Below are positions 34,846 through 48,353 of a stretch of 64,000 nt of DNA, in pieces (position 1 is the stretch's first letter; each line of letters starts with the position of its first letter). This DNA comes from Okamejei kenojei (Eukaryota), in NCBI GenBank assembly GCA_035221665.1, contig CM069133.1, positions 130,510,001-130,574,000 of the forward strand, read 5' to 3'. Position numbers and translations under genes: made by a program. A model generated the notes under the pieces. It had not been told where the DNA came from and did not search any database. It saw only the letters and a list, made by a program, of their open reading frames with translations.

Positions 34846-37284
34846 ACAAGCTTATCCTCACGAGGAGGACATACACAACCTGTACAGACAGCACCCATAG
34901 TCAGGATCGCACCTGTAGTCATTACCAGTCATCCACTTCCCTACCAACACTCTGAAGGGATCATTCCCATTGTGATTCCCCAATCTGTTCCTCTTTTTGC
35001 ACCGTTTTCTTTCTCCCACAGCACTTTCCCACGCAACCAGATGAAATGCAACACATCTTCTTCTATCTTGTACCTTCCCATCAATCAATGACTGAAATGG
35101 TCTGTCCCTATGAGGACCAGGAAAGAAGCAACAAAAAATATTTAGTTGCAGAAACACTGTCCAAAAGATCATCTATGATGTCCAAGATCTGAGATCATAT
35201 GTTTACAATAACAGCACCATCTTCCTTTATGCTGGAAGGCTCTTACCATGGAAGAGGTTTCCATCAGATCAATTATTTAATTTGCCAGAGGTTGATTGGT
35301 GCAATCCTAGTTTAAACTTTCTTTGATGTAAAGAGCCACTAATCTCACTGCGCTAATTGATGAGGCAGAATTGTGGATCGTTAAAATGGGCTGTTGCTGG
35401 TGTGATTTTTGTTTTAACACTGTAATTAGAATGAGATTTTGCTACTTTGTCTGCTTGCTTCGCAATATATTTTCAGTTACAGCTGCTTGTGCTCTTGTCA
35501 TGCTTTCCCACAACCCTCATTTAAAATTGGCTCCTCTGGCTTAAAGGTGATTGAATTGTGTGGGATATTTAATTCCAGACAATTTCAGTACTTGATGGAT
35601 TCCATATTTTGAGCTGCCACTTTGTTATTAATCTTAATTTACCATTGTGAAACTGCTACATTATGTAACGAGGTGTATTTTATGTGTGGAGACAGGACAG
35701 GGACTCCACAAAAAATGCCTATCAGCACAATCATAACAAGTGTGGATGAGGTTGAATAAGATATTCCCTCAATCTATTTTTCTCAGAGTCAGTTTTAAGT
35801 CTAATCTGCTACCTTGCACTTAGAATTCAATAAATTTATTCAGCAGAAGTGTCACCAATCAGTAATAGATGGACAATGAAATTGTTTATTTTTGCATGTT
35901 CTGTGCCCTTGCTACCTATTAGCACCTCTGACAAATAGTGCCATAAAGCTCTTGAACACTACACAACACTAACCTCAACTATGAACTTTGGTCTGTTGTT
36001 GGTTGCATGAAGGACTTTTGCTTTTTTGCAATTCTATGAGGGTTATTATTTAATTGAAATTGTGTTTATTATATTATCTGTGTATTGTGTGAATCAGCAT
36101 ATAATGCTGCTGCAAGTAAGAATTTCATTATTCAGTTGACAGTTCACATAATAATTTAACGTTCTTGAATCTTGACTCTTAATAAGAGAAAGTATGGATT
36201 GATCAGCTTCAGTGGGTGCAAGGCAACAATCAACAGGAAGTTCCTTCTGACAATATGATTGAATATAACAATGACAGGTTCTCAGTTTGGCTGTTGGAAA
36301 GCTCATTCAACTTTAGCACTACTCCCAAGATGGCATCAAGGATTTTACACATAGGTTGTGTAGGTTGAGTCTTAGGCATGTATTAATTTGATGCACAGAA
36401 AACAGCTGAATAATTTCAAAAAATGTATTTCTGGATTTGGATACGAAGCAAGACAATGAAAGGATGTGAGCTGTGTTTTTTTTTAGTTCCTATGAAATTG
36501 AAATATACACTTATAGGACAATTGATTAAATTACAATCTTAAAACAATGATACAATTCTAATGAGCAACTGTAACACTTTATAAAATAGAGGGGTCTATA
36601 TATGTAATGAAGATTGTTTGCAACTTTTCAAAAATTCGTACATTTCTAATCATTTCTCAGAAGCCAGAGGAATGGTGCTCGGAAGACACTTGTCAAAATT
36701 TGAAGTGTAAGATAAATTTCTGTCAGTGGTGTCAGATTGAAAATTTTCCTCTTACTGCAGTTCCGTAATAACTGCAATGAAGACTGGAGAGAATCACCAC
36801 TGGTCTTCCTTTCTGAAAAAGATAAACAAGAGCGAGACATGGAGAGAAAAGGCTTTCCTCTCTGGGGTGCTCATTAGGCGCAGTATATGAAGACTGAGAG
36901 GATGATTGCACTACATTGTCTTGATATGGACAAGACACCTTTCTAAAATGAGCAAAGATCGCACTAGACACTAGTGCTATGATTGAATAATGTGGACAAG
37001 TACACACCTGCAGGCTGCAGAGAGACACAGATATATCTTTCTGGCCAGGGAAAGGGTCCTTTCAGCTGATACAATCTAGTTGATATTAACAATTAATCGT
37101 CAGACACATTCATTGGCACTGCTCAAGGCTCGCTGGAGCTAAGAAAGTGTCCAAGTGAGGGTGAATAATCAGAATGATTGAGTGTAAAGTAAAGTAATGG
37201 GAGGAGGTGATTAAGTGAGCAGAAAAAGAGTTGTGTCATTAATAAACAAATGCTGAACGTTTGGAATTTGATATGACATTATAA

Positions 37285-38240
37285 ATTTAGTTTCATTTGG
37301 AGATAGAGTGCAGAAACTGGCCCTTCAGCCTACTGAATCTGCGCCGACCATTCATCCACGTATACTAACACTATCTTACACACACTAGGGACACTTTACA
37401 ATCTTACCAAGCCAATGACCCTACAAACTTGGTAATCTTTGGAATAAATGCAGAGAATCTTTTACCCAGAGTGGGGGAATGAAGAACCAGAGGACTTTGG
37501 TTTAAAGAGAAAGGGGCAAGATTTAATAGGAACTTAAGGGGCACCTTTTTTACTCAGAGAATAGTGGGTATATGGAATAAATTGCCAAGGAAGGTAGTTG
37601 AGGCTGATATTATAGCAGAATTTAAAGGACATTACATGACTAGGAAAGTTTCAAAGGGAAGGTAGACACAAAATGCTGGAGTAATTCAGCGGCGGGTGAG
37701 GCAGCATCTATGGAGAGGAGAAATGGGTGACGTTTCGAGTCGAGACCTTTCTTCAGACTGATATCGGTCGGTGGGGGGGGGGGGGGGAAAGATTGAAAGT
37801 GGGCGGTGACAGTAGGACTTGTAGGAAAACTGGGAAGGGGGAGGGGAAGGAGGGAGAAAGCAAGGGCTATCTGAAATTAGAGAAGCCAATGTTCATACAG
37901 CTGGGGTGTAAACTACCCAAGAGAAATATGAGGAGCGGTTCCTCCAATTTGCGCTGGGCCTCACAGACAATGGGGGGGCCCAGGATTAAAATAATGTTAT
38001 TACTCTTCAACATATTAGATTGGAAATGGGAGGGGGAGTTGAAGTGCTGAACAACCAGCATTTGTGTCTACCTTCGATTTTATCCAGCATCTGCAGTTCT
38101 TTCTCTCACAAGGTTTAAAGGGATATGGGCCAAATGTGGGCAAATGGGACCAGCTTAGATGGGTCATCTTCAGCAGCATGGACAAGTTGAGCTGAAGGGT
38201 TGTTTCCGTGCTGTATAACTCTACGACTCTATGATTATAA
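37285..38240. mobile_element. Nested cluster: partial V-SINE (-, to about 37443), CR1 3' end (+) interrupted by a Penelope fragment (37660-38109) with an inverted short tail
   Basis: SINE tail text matches 39130-39250. The PLE piece matches 27727-28080 and has flanks aagtttcaaaggga / aggtttaaaggga. Confidence 0.75.
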
Positions 38241-39117
38241 CTCTATAAGAGGGGAAAAAGGCAAGGAAGATAAACAATGAAATCTTGAAGGTTGTGGGAA
38301 TCGCTGGGTACAGAGATTGACTGAAGAAACAAGTTACCAGAGTGAGATAACAAACGAACAGAGCAATATATGTCAACAAGATGAATAGGATATGGAACCG
38401 TTAACAATTAGTCCAGACAGTGACTGGTGATTACTGCCATTCGCTCTCATCTCCATAGCATTTCTGGAAATGCTCATCGGCACAGTATTTATTAAATGAA
38501 CAAATGGCAATTTGCAGAAAATATACCCTGCATCTATCATTCCTGCTAGTTTACATAAAAAAGATTGCAAGGCATTCGGCTTTTACTATGATTTAACACA
38601 ACAAACACATGGAAATGGATTCACAGAGTATGACTGTGATTCTTGAAGGGGGGATGTGCGAGCAGGAAATACAAGACAGAAGCAGAGTGACAACATCAGA
38701 ACCCAATCTTCCACCCAAGCTTCCTGAGTACTGGGCCCCCTGCTAGGAGTGTGAGAGCTTATAATTACATTATTCACAGAGGATTCATTAAAGGGATGAA
38801 TGTTGTTATACTTCAACATATTAAATTGGATAACATTTCCTTAGCATTTCTGATATCTTTGTATTTTCTTTTTGTAAGATGTATATGTAAGGACCTTTCC
38901 TTGTCTTATAGCTATTCACTGCTTTCCCCAATGGTAAAATCACTCTTATGGGGGGGTTAAGTGGTATCATATATTTGACCCTTTTTGACTGACCTTTCCA
39001 TTGACAAATCAATAACGGTGATCCTTCATTCAAAGCTGTATACACAAATAGTACTAAATACCACATATAAATTATTAGCATTGGTGTAAAAACAAATCAC
39101 ATTGTGGGTCCTTTCTG

Positions 39118-39417
39118 GTTTGGTTTAGTTTAGTTTAGAGATACAGCCTTTGGCCCACCAAGACCGTGCTGACCAGCAATCCCCATACATTAGCACTATC
39201 CTACACACTAGGGATAATTTACAATTTTACTGAAGCTAATTAACCTACAAACCTGTACATTTGGAATGTGGGAGGAAACCAGAGCACCTGGAGAAAACCC
39301 ACGTGGTCGCAGAGAGAATGTACAAACTCTATATAGACAGCACCCTTAGTCAGGAATGAACCCTAGTCTCTGGCGCTGTAAGGCAACAGCTTTATTGCTT
39401 CACCGCCATGTTGTCCT
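39118..39417 (-). mobile_element. tRNA-derived V-SINE (HE1-like), full length
   Basis: The reverse strand has a tRNA-like head (gccttacagcgccagagactagggttcattcctgact), V-domain gggttttctccaggtgctctggtttcctcccaca, a CR1-like tail and (taaac)n. Confidence 0.85.
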
Positions 39418-39500
39418 AATGGATTAATGGTATAATGGAAGCCTTTTCAATTTCTATCATATTATATTCATGATTTTGAAAGAATTAGTTTATATTATTC

Positions 39501-40290
39501 ATAACCATATAACCATATAACCATATAACAATTACAGCACGGAAACAGGCCCTCTCGGCCCTTCCAGTCCGTGCCGACCATTTGTTTTCCCCTAGTCCCA
39601 TCTACCTGCACTCAGACCATACCCCTCCATTCCCTTCACGTCCATATACCTATCCACTTTACTCTTAAATGTTTAAAATCGATCCCGCCTCCACCACTTC
39701 TGCTGGAAGCTCATTCCACACAGCCACCACCCTCTGAGTAAAGAAGTTCCCCCTCACGTTACCCCGAAACCTCTGTCCCTTAATTTTCATGTCATGCCCT
39801 CTTGTTAGAATCTTCCCTACCCTCAATGGGAAAAACGTATCCACGTCAACTCTGTCTATCCCTTTCATCATTTTAAAGACCTCAATCAAGTCCCCCCTTA
39901 ACCTTCTGCGCTCCAAAGAATAAAGACCTAACTTGATCAACCTTTCTCTGTAACATAGTTGCTGGAACCCTGGCAACATTCTAGTAAATCTCCTCTGTAC
40001 TCTCTCTATTTTGTTGACATCCTTCCTATAACTAGGCGACCAAAATTGTACACCATACTCCAGAATTGGTCTTACCAATGCCTTGTACAATTTTAACATT
40101 ACTTCCCTACTCCTATATTCAATGCTCTGATTTATAAAGGCCAGCACACCAAAGGCTTTCTTTACCACCCTATCTACATGTGATTCCACCTTCAGGGAAC
40201 TATGCACAGTTATTCCTAGATCCCTCTGTTCCATAGCATTCCTCAATTCCCTACCATTTACCAATTTACGTCCTATTTTGATTTGCCCTG
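39501..40290 (-). mobile_element. Young CR1 3' copy with an intact 199-aa C-terminal frame
   Basis: ORF 39665-40264; (ataaccat)n tail; near-identical to about 8880-9655. Confidence 0.93.
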
Positions 40291-40680
40291 GAGGCTCAGG
40301 AGTAAAGGTAATTCCAAGTGAATAAACAGTGTGAATCTTATCAGTGTAGCGGGAGAGTTAGAGTAGAAAAGGGGAGTGGAAAAATTGAGATGATTGATGT
40401 CATGCCAACAGTTAAAAACAAAGAGTATTTAGTATTCAGTTTTGGTAATCCCTGGTTAAACATACAGTAAATACCTTAGAGCAGATTCATCCTCGATTTC
40501 ATGTGAACATGTGTATGCTATCTCTACCCCATCCACCATCACCTTGAGGAGACATGATACAAACATCTAATAACAAACTGCAAGTGTTCAATCTAGGAAT
40601 AGTATGCTTGTGAAAATGGGAACTCATAAAGCAACCATTTTAATTCAGGCACACATATCCGAGCAAACTTTCACTCTTAA

Positions 40681-41153
40681 AGGGTTCCAGCAACTATGTT
40701 ACAGAGAAAGGTTGAACAAGTTAGGTCTTTATTCTTTGGAGCGCAGAAGGTTAAGTGGGGACTTGATTGAGGTCTTTAAAATGATGAAAGGGATAGACAG
40801 AGTTGACGTGGATACGTTTTTCCCATTGAGGGTAGGGAAGATTCAAAACAAGAGGGCATGACATGAGAATTAAGGGACAGACGTTTAGGGGTAACGTGAG
40901 GGGGAACTTCTTTACTCAGAGGGTGGTGGCTGTGTGGAATCAGCTTTCCAGCAGAAGTGGTGGACGCAGGATCGATTTTAGCATTTAAGAGTAAAGTGGA
41001 TAGGTATATGGACGTGAAGGGAATGGAGGGGTATGGTCTGAGTGCAGGTAGATGGGACTAGGGGAAAACAAATGGTCGGCACGGACTGGAAGGGCCGAGA
41101 GGGCCTGTTTCCGTGCTGTAATTGTTATATGGTTATATGGTGTTATATGGTTA
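40681..41153 (+). mobile_element. Young CR1 3' copy, inverted relative to 39501-40290
   Basis: Same family with ggttatat tail. Confidence 0.92.
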
Positions 41154-42004
41154 AAAAGGAATTCGATTTTCCAGCGTTGTTTTTCAAGGATCCGACATAT
41201 GGATTTTGTTCCATTCGGAAAATAACATACTTCAAAATGATGGGGGGTTTTTACAGTTCCATTAATAATATTTCACCATCAACATTTCTTCCCACAGCAA
41301 GCTGCTGTCTCATTATTAATTCACAATGAGCCATAGTATTTTAACATAAATCTGTGATTGTTATGGAGAACAATAGTGAAATGCTGATTTCCTGTTTCAG
41401 TCTACCGCAGGGCCATTCCTCTCAGCTCAAATTCAAAAGAATCCCAAAGGGAAAAGAGGACTTTGTAGTGACTTTGCAAAGTTTCAGGCTAAGTTTCTTC
41501 TTCAGGTTAATCTAAAGCATTATTTTTAAAACTTTTTTCTGAAATGTAAAATTTTTACCCTCCATAGCACATTCGTTCTGCAACAGTTGCAATATCCCTG
41601 ATGCAAAAGAACATGAAAACTTCAGGGAAAAAAGTGGGCAGAGGGCACTTAGCTCCTCTCTCTGACGTCCGATATGATCACGGGCTGTGCTGTTCCAGGA
41701 TTAATATCCTCTTAATCTTTGAGAGACTAGAAGAGACTCTTCTGTGCTGGTTTCCATATGCATCCACTGACTGTACTAATTATCAGCAGTGGTACCAACC
41801 TAATGAATATGTGATCTGAGCAGTTTCACTCTCCCCAGGATCTAAAATAAAGTGTTTTAGTCCAGGGATACTGACACAAGAATGTCATAGAAACATGGAA
41901 ACATAGAAAATAGGTGCAGGAGTAGGCCATTCGGCCCTTCAAGCCAGCACCGCCATTCAATATGATCATGGCTGATCATCCTTTATTCTTAATTGTAATA
42001 ATTA

Positions 42005-43014
42005 GGGAACAGCAAATGCTGGTTTACAAAAAAAAACACAAGGTGCTGGAGTATCTCAGCGGGTCAGTCAGCATCTCTGAAGAACATGGATAAGTTACAT
42101 TTTGGGTCAGGAGAGAGATGGGGGAAGCACCCTCTTTTGAGACACATTTTATTCTACTTTTATTCAATTATAATGAACTTTAAACTTAAAATATGTCAAC
42201 CTAAAAAAAATAAAAATATGAAATCACTGTAAAACATGAAGTTTTGAGTATTTTACATTTATGAACAAACATAGAGAAGTCAAGAATGGAGAGAGGTATT
42301 GTAAAGTTTTGAGTTCCAGAGATGCTGCCTGTCCCGCTGAGTTACTCCAGCTTTTAGTGTCTCATTTCTGTTCTCCTCCCTCTTGAATGCACTTGCACCT
42401 GTTTCTCCCTCACTCCCGCCTCTCCGCCATTGGGAAAACATTCCTTCCTCCAGCTTCACAATTGGCATATCTTCAATCCCTTTGTCCAACACCTGTCTTT
42501 TCATCTCTAGTTTTTGTCCAACCATCTGCCCATTAAACCCCAAGCTCACCACTCAGCTGGGTCCATGTATTACCTGAATGACTTTGTCCTGCCCTCTCTT
42601 ACAGCTTTCTTACCCCCCCCCCCCCCACCCCCACAACCAGTCTGAAGAAGGGTTCCAACCCGAAATGTCACATATAATATTCTCCAGAGATGCTGCCTGA
42701 GTTGAGTTACTCCATGCCTTCATGCCTTTATGAAACCGATCTTTCTAACACAGTGAACAAACACACCTTACCTTGTCACTTTACCTTGAGTGCTCTGACC
42801 TAGAATAGTCTCTGGAACCATCTGCAAACCAAGCCCTCTTTGAGACTTACATTTTATTCTACTGCATCAATTATAATGAACTTCAAACTTAAAGTATATC
42901 AACCTAAAAAAATTAAAAATATGAAGTTGCTGTAAAACATAAAGTCTTGAGTATTTTACATATGTGAACAAACATAGATTAGTCAAGAATGGAATTAGAT
43001 ATTGTAAAGTTTTG
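42005..43014. repeat. Penelope fragments enclosing a ~180-bp copy (42130-42311) of nearby unique DNA (42834-43014)
   Basis: ccctcttttgagac...tattgtaaagttttg is present twice with moderate divergence; hammerhead-like core at 42642-42668. Confidence 0.75.
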
Positions 43015-43322
43015 TGGTTTGGGGATAGAAAGTCCTTGTAGATTTGTGATTTTAAGTTAAATTAGATGGCTCTTGCCCAGAGAACCCAAAATAAGGGAAG
43101 TCTTGGTTTAAGCTTACCTTTAACACTCTTGTTAGGTTCTGATATCCTCATTCAACAATTTGACCAGGGTAGGAACACTGTTCAGAGCAAGTTACAATTC
43201 AAAGTTTCAAGGGCAGTTTATTGTCACATGTACCAGTTAAGGAACAGTGACACTTGAGTTACCATACAACCATACTATACAATTGGGGTTCCAAACATTT
43301 TACCAGGATTCTGGCTCTATTT

Positions 43323-44088
43323 TAACCATATAACCATATAACCATATAACAATTACAGCACGGAAACAGGCCCTCTCGGCCCTTCCAGTCCGTGCCGACC
43401 ATTTGTTTTCCCCTAGTCCCATCTACCTGCACTCAGACCATACCCCTCCATTCCCTTCACATCCATATACCTATCCACTTTACTCTTAAATGTTAAAATC
43501 GATCCTGCCTCCACCACTTCTGCTGGAAGATGATTCCACACAGCCACCACCCTCTGAATAAAGAAGTTCCCCCTCACGTTACCCCGAAACCTCTGTCCCT
43601 TAATTCTCATGTCATGCCCTCTTGTTTGAATCTTCCCTACCCTCAATGGGAAAAACGTATCCACGTCAACTCTGTCTATCCCTTTCATCATTTTAAAGAC
43701 CTCAATCAAGTCCCCCCTTAACCTTCTGCGCTCCAAAGAATAAAGACCTAACGTTCAACCTTTCTCTGTAACATAGTTGCTGGAACCCTGGCAACATTTC
43801 TAGTAAATCTCCTCTGTATCTCTCTATTTTGTTGACATCCTTCCTATAACTAGGCGACCAAAATTGTACACCATACTCCAGAATTGGTCTTACCAATGCC
43901 TTGTACAATTTTAACATTACTTCCCTACTCCTATATTCAATGCTCTGATTTATAAAGGCCAGCACACCAAAGGCTTTCTTTACCACCCTATCTACATGCG
44001 ATTCCACCTTCAGGGAACTATGCACAGTTATTCCTAGATCCCTCTGTTCCACAGCATTCCTCAATTCCCTACCATTTACCATGTACGT
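43323..44088 (-). mobile_element. Young CR1 3' copy
   Basis: ORFs 43702-44082 and 43413-43736; same tail as 39501. Confidence 0.93.
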
Positions 44089-44354
44089 TTGAGTAATTTT
44101 GAGTTAGGAAATCATAGTAGAAGAATTAGGTGTGTCTCATGCTTTCCTTTACCCTCCTCATCATGATAACAATTGACTGTTGACCACCTGCGAGAAACCG
44201 TGTTAGTTCTGACTTTACCAGGGCCAGTGAAGAAGGAACTAACATTAGATTGTCTGCAATAATTAAACCCATCGATGCAAGGCTTTAGTGTATCATTCTT
44301 GTCCCATAATAGCATGGACATCGAAGTAGATCCATATAAATATTAAGGAAGACT

Positions 44355-44730
44355 AAAAGTGCTGGTGTAGCTCAGCAGGTCAGGTATCATCTCAGGTGAA
44401 CATGTATACAATGAATGATTTCTGGTAAAAATCTTAGTGGCTCTAGGACTGAGTGTGGGGTGCAATGCCAAATTCTGCCCAGTTGCATTTCCAATAGAAG
44501 AGGAGGATTCCTGGACTTTCCTGACCCGGCAGCATGTGTGGAGGGAATTGTCCAGAGAAATTCTTGGGTCAGGACTCATCTTCAGACCGATGGAAGGGTC
44601 CCATCCCGAAATGTCCATTTTCCTCCACAGATGCTGCCAGACCCATTGAGTTTGAAGAAGGATCCCAATCCAAAATGTCACCTAGAGATGCTGCCTGACC
44701 TGTTAAGTTACTCCAGCTCTTTGTGTCCTA
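44355..44730. repeat. Penelope pseudo-LTR remnants with two tandem degenerate hammerhead-like cores
   Basis: ccgatggaagggtcccatcccgaaatgtc (about 44587) and ttgaagaaggatcccaatccaaaatgtc (about 44652). Confidence 0.6.
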
Positions 44731-45526
44731 TGTTGCAAACCCAAATCAGTTCATTGTTTCAATGTGCACATTCACAATTCTTTTTGTTGGAACCATTAGT
44801 AAAGATCGAAAAATAAAATTATTTTGGAATGATCATTGATTATTCTCTGAAAGTATTCAGTCAGTGTGCAGCTGTTATCAAGAAAGTTAATCATATACCA
44901 AAATAAAATACCTAGGTATCGGATTTTAAATCAAAATTAGGTACTTGGATCTTGCATAATTTAGACTGCAGTATTTACATATGTCGGACTTTTGAATCTA
45001 ATAATATTATTTAACATTCACATGCATGGGTGTCCATAAGTCAGGCGTTCATAACTTGGAGATGGTCTGCATTTCCTCCATTAGGTAGGGAGACAAGACT
45101 TGTGCACAGTATTCCAGACCCATCTATGTAATTGGAGCACGACTTCTCTACTCATACTCAAATTCCCTTGCAATGCCTTTTGTCTTTATAATTGCTAACT
45201 GTTACCTGTATGTTAATTTAGGTCCTTCTGAAAACTGCATCATCCACCATCTAAAATAGACCCCTTTTTCATTCTGACAAAATGAATGACCACCATTTTT
45301 TCAAGTAATTTATTTTCTTATATCATCCTCCCACAATTACCTCATCAATCAATTACTTCATCCCCCTGAGTATCTTTTCATGTTCCCCACCATCACAGTT
45401 ACACCAAACTTTACATCATCAACAAAGTTGGCTACCTACACTTAGTTTCCACATCAAGATCATTGATTTAACTTGTGCAATGCTGGGGGGCCTCGAACTG
45501 ATCTCTACAGATCTCTACTTTCCCTC

Positions 45527-46505
45527 AGAAAGCACCTGGACCTGTCGTGTTCTCAACCTTTGCAGACCAACTGGCTGGAGTTTGTGCGGATATTTTCAAC
45601 CTCTCACTTCCGAGGTCTGAGGTTCCCATCTACTTTAAAAAGGCATCAATAATACCGGTGCCCAAGAAGAGCAAGGTGATGTGCCTCAACGACTATCAGT
45701 GGCACTAATGTCTGTGGTGATGAAGTGCTCTCAACACCAGTTTTACCAAGGAACTGATTGCGGACTTCGGAAGGAGAAGGATAGGGACCTGCAATCCCGT
45801 TTATATCTATGGGACGAAGGCGGAAAGGGTCAAAAACTTCAAATTCCTGGGCGTGCCTATTTCTAATGATCTTTCTTGGACCCAGCACACTTATGCAATT
45901 ATAAGGAATGCACATCAAAGTGTCTCTACTTCCTGAGAAGATTATGGGGAGTCGGTATGTCAAGGAGGATTCTGTCAAACCTGTACAGGTGCACAGATGA
46001 GAGCATACTGACTGGCTGCATCGTGGCCTGGTTCAGCAACCTGAGCATCCAGGAGCGGAAAAGAGTGCAGAAAGTTGTGACCACTGCCCAGTTCATTACG
46101 GGCTCTGACCTCCCCACCATCGAAGGGATCTATTGCAGTCGCTGCCCTGCCAACATCATCAAAGACCCACACCATCCTGGCCACACACTCATTTCATCCG
46201 TTGCCATCGGGAAGAAGGTACTGGAGCCTGAAATCTGTAATATCTAGGTTCAGGAACAGCTTCATCACCACAGCCATCAGGCTGTTAAACATGACATCAA
46301 ATAAGCTCTGAATAATAACAGTCTACTATTATTATTGCACTATATCTGTTTATTTATTGTGTATATTTGGTCTATAGTCTATAAACACACTGAACTTTTA
46401 TCTTCCATTTTGTATTATGTTTACATATTCTGTTGTGCTGCAGCAAGCAAAAATGTCATTGTCCTATCTGGGACACATGACAATAAAACTCTCTTGACTT
46501 GACTT
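45527..46505 (+). mobile_element. Rex1/Babar LINE, internally deleted
   Basis: ADQLAGVCADIFNLSL...SIIPVPKKSKVMCLND; LYFLRRL..NLYRCT.ESILTGCIVAWF; tail gacaataaaactctcttgacttgactt. Confidence 0.85.
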
Positions 46506-47635
46506 CAGTATCTCATTGGTGGCAACCTTCCTTTCTGCTGTTTCACATTTTTCTATCTGAAATAGAAACCTTAATCTATGTCAGACATTGCCCTCGCAAC
46601 CAGGATCTCTAATTTTGTTTAATGATGTCTTGTACTTCAGATCATTAAGTAGCAAAGTGTGGATAACATTGCAGTAAGCAAGTTATTTAAAACTAATTGA
46701 CACGGTAAAACCTGTGAAGATCATTGCAGTTGAATGCAATTTTCAGCCGCTATGGAACAGCGCTAACATTGTGCATATTAAGCAATGGGTGTATCCAGGT
46801 TAGGAGGGTTAATGGGCAGGTAGAGCCAAGAAGAGGGTGGAGGTAGACCTAAAAGCTGGGAGATGATAAGTAGAACCAAAGTGCTGAAGACTACTCAGGC
46901 GGAATATGAGGTGTTGTTCCTCCAGTTTGTTGCGTAGTCTATAAAACCAATAGCACTAACATTGAATTCTCCAATTTCAAGTAACCTGCACCTCCTCTGT
47001 TCCTTTCTCTCATATTTTGATCCTTCCAACTTCTCCCATACACACCCTCTTTTTGAAGATCCTCTGCATCCACTTGTTACTTAGTTTCTCCTCCCGCATC
47101 GCGTCAATCTACCTATCACCCGCATACTAAAAATAATGGATCACCTCTACTTTCCCCCTATGCCCTCTGCCCATCATCCCTCTCTTATCTGGCTCCACTC
47201 ATCACCTTCTGTTCTTATCAGATTCCATAATCTGCAACCCTGTTGACCCCACATCATCTCCCAGCCTCTGTCACTATCTCCACTCGTCTCTCTCCCACCT
47301 GGCCCAATCAGCCCATCAGTGCCTCATCCCCGAGATCCACCTATCACTTGCCATCTCTTGCCTTGCCCCTTCCTCTCGCCACCTTCTACTGGCTTTCTCC
47401 CATTTATACTCAGTCCTAGTGCAGAGTCTCGGCCTAGAAGATCGACTATCCCTTTGCTGAGTTCTTCCAGCAACTAGTTTTTTTCCTCCAGTTTCGAGGA
47501 TTTGCAATCTCTTTGGTGTCCTCATATCCATTGGTGCTGCTTGATAAGCCAGCATCTTTGTGGTTGTGGGAGAGTGGCAAGAGTTTCCCATGGAAGGAGT
47601 CTAATGATTTTTTTCAGTACATGATGCGTGTATGT

Positions 47636-48125
47636 TTAGTTTCATTTTTTTATTGTCGTATGTACTAAGATACAGTGAAAAGCATATTTGTTGCATGCTA
47701 TCCAGTCAATGTTTATAATCAAGCCATCCTCAGTGTACAAGAAACAGGATAAAGGATATATTATTTTGTGCAAGGTAAAGTCTGATTAAAGATAGTTCAA
47801 ATGTCTCCAGTAGGTCGGAACAACGCTCTAGCTGGAGAGGATGGCTCAGTTGCCTGATAACAGCCAGGAAGAAACTGTCTCCGAAACTGGGGATATGCGT
47901 TTTCAAACTTCTATATCTCTTGCCTGATGGGAGAGTGGAGAAGAGGGAATGACTGGGGTGAGACTGGTCCTTGATTATGTTAGTGGCCTTGCCAAGACAG
48001 AGTGAAGCGTTGATGGCATCCACGGAAGGGAGGTTTGTTTGCGTGATGATCTGGGCTACGTCCTGGACTGTAATTTCTTGCGGTCTTGGATGGAGCTGTT
48101 TCTAAACCAGGCAGTGATGCATCCT
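47636..48125 (-). mobile_element. Rex1-like LINE 3' end
   Basis: KATNIIKDQSHPSHSLFSTLPSGKRYRSLK...SFF..VIRQL. Confidence 0.8.
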
Positions 48126-48353
48126 GAATAAATTCATTTATGTTTCAATAAATAACTGCCAAAATATAGAAATCTGGAATGATGGAGGCTAAAGCGTGAC
48201 ATGATGATTATGAGAGGTATAGATAGATTGTCAACTCATTTTTCATTATAGGGATATCAAATCAAGATGGGAGCATAGATTTAAGGTGCAACGATAATGA
48301 AGTGGATCTTAGCTATAATGTTGGTTTTGGACAGAGAATTGTTGATATCTGTA

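Noticed and set aside
36646-37028. Possible host exons in unique DNA (also 58428-58830, 59344-59589, 60995-61255)
   Set aside because: Short ORFs with no recognisable protein similarity or convincing splice-site pairs; small exons cannot be excluded without RNA-seq.
39340-39417. tRNA gene (also 60600-60673)
   Set aside because: tRNA-derived SINE heads continuous with the V-domain and LINE-like tail.
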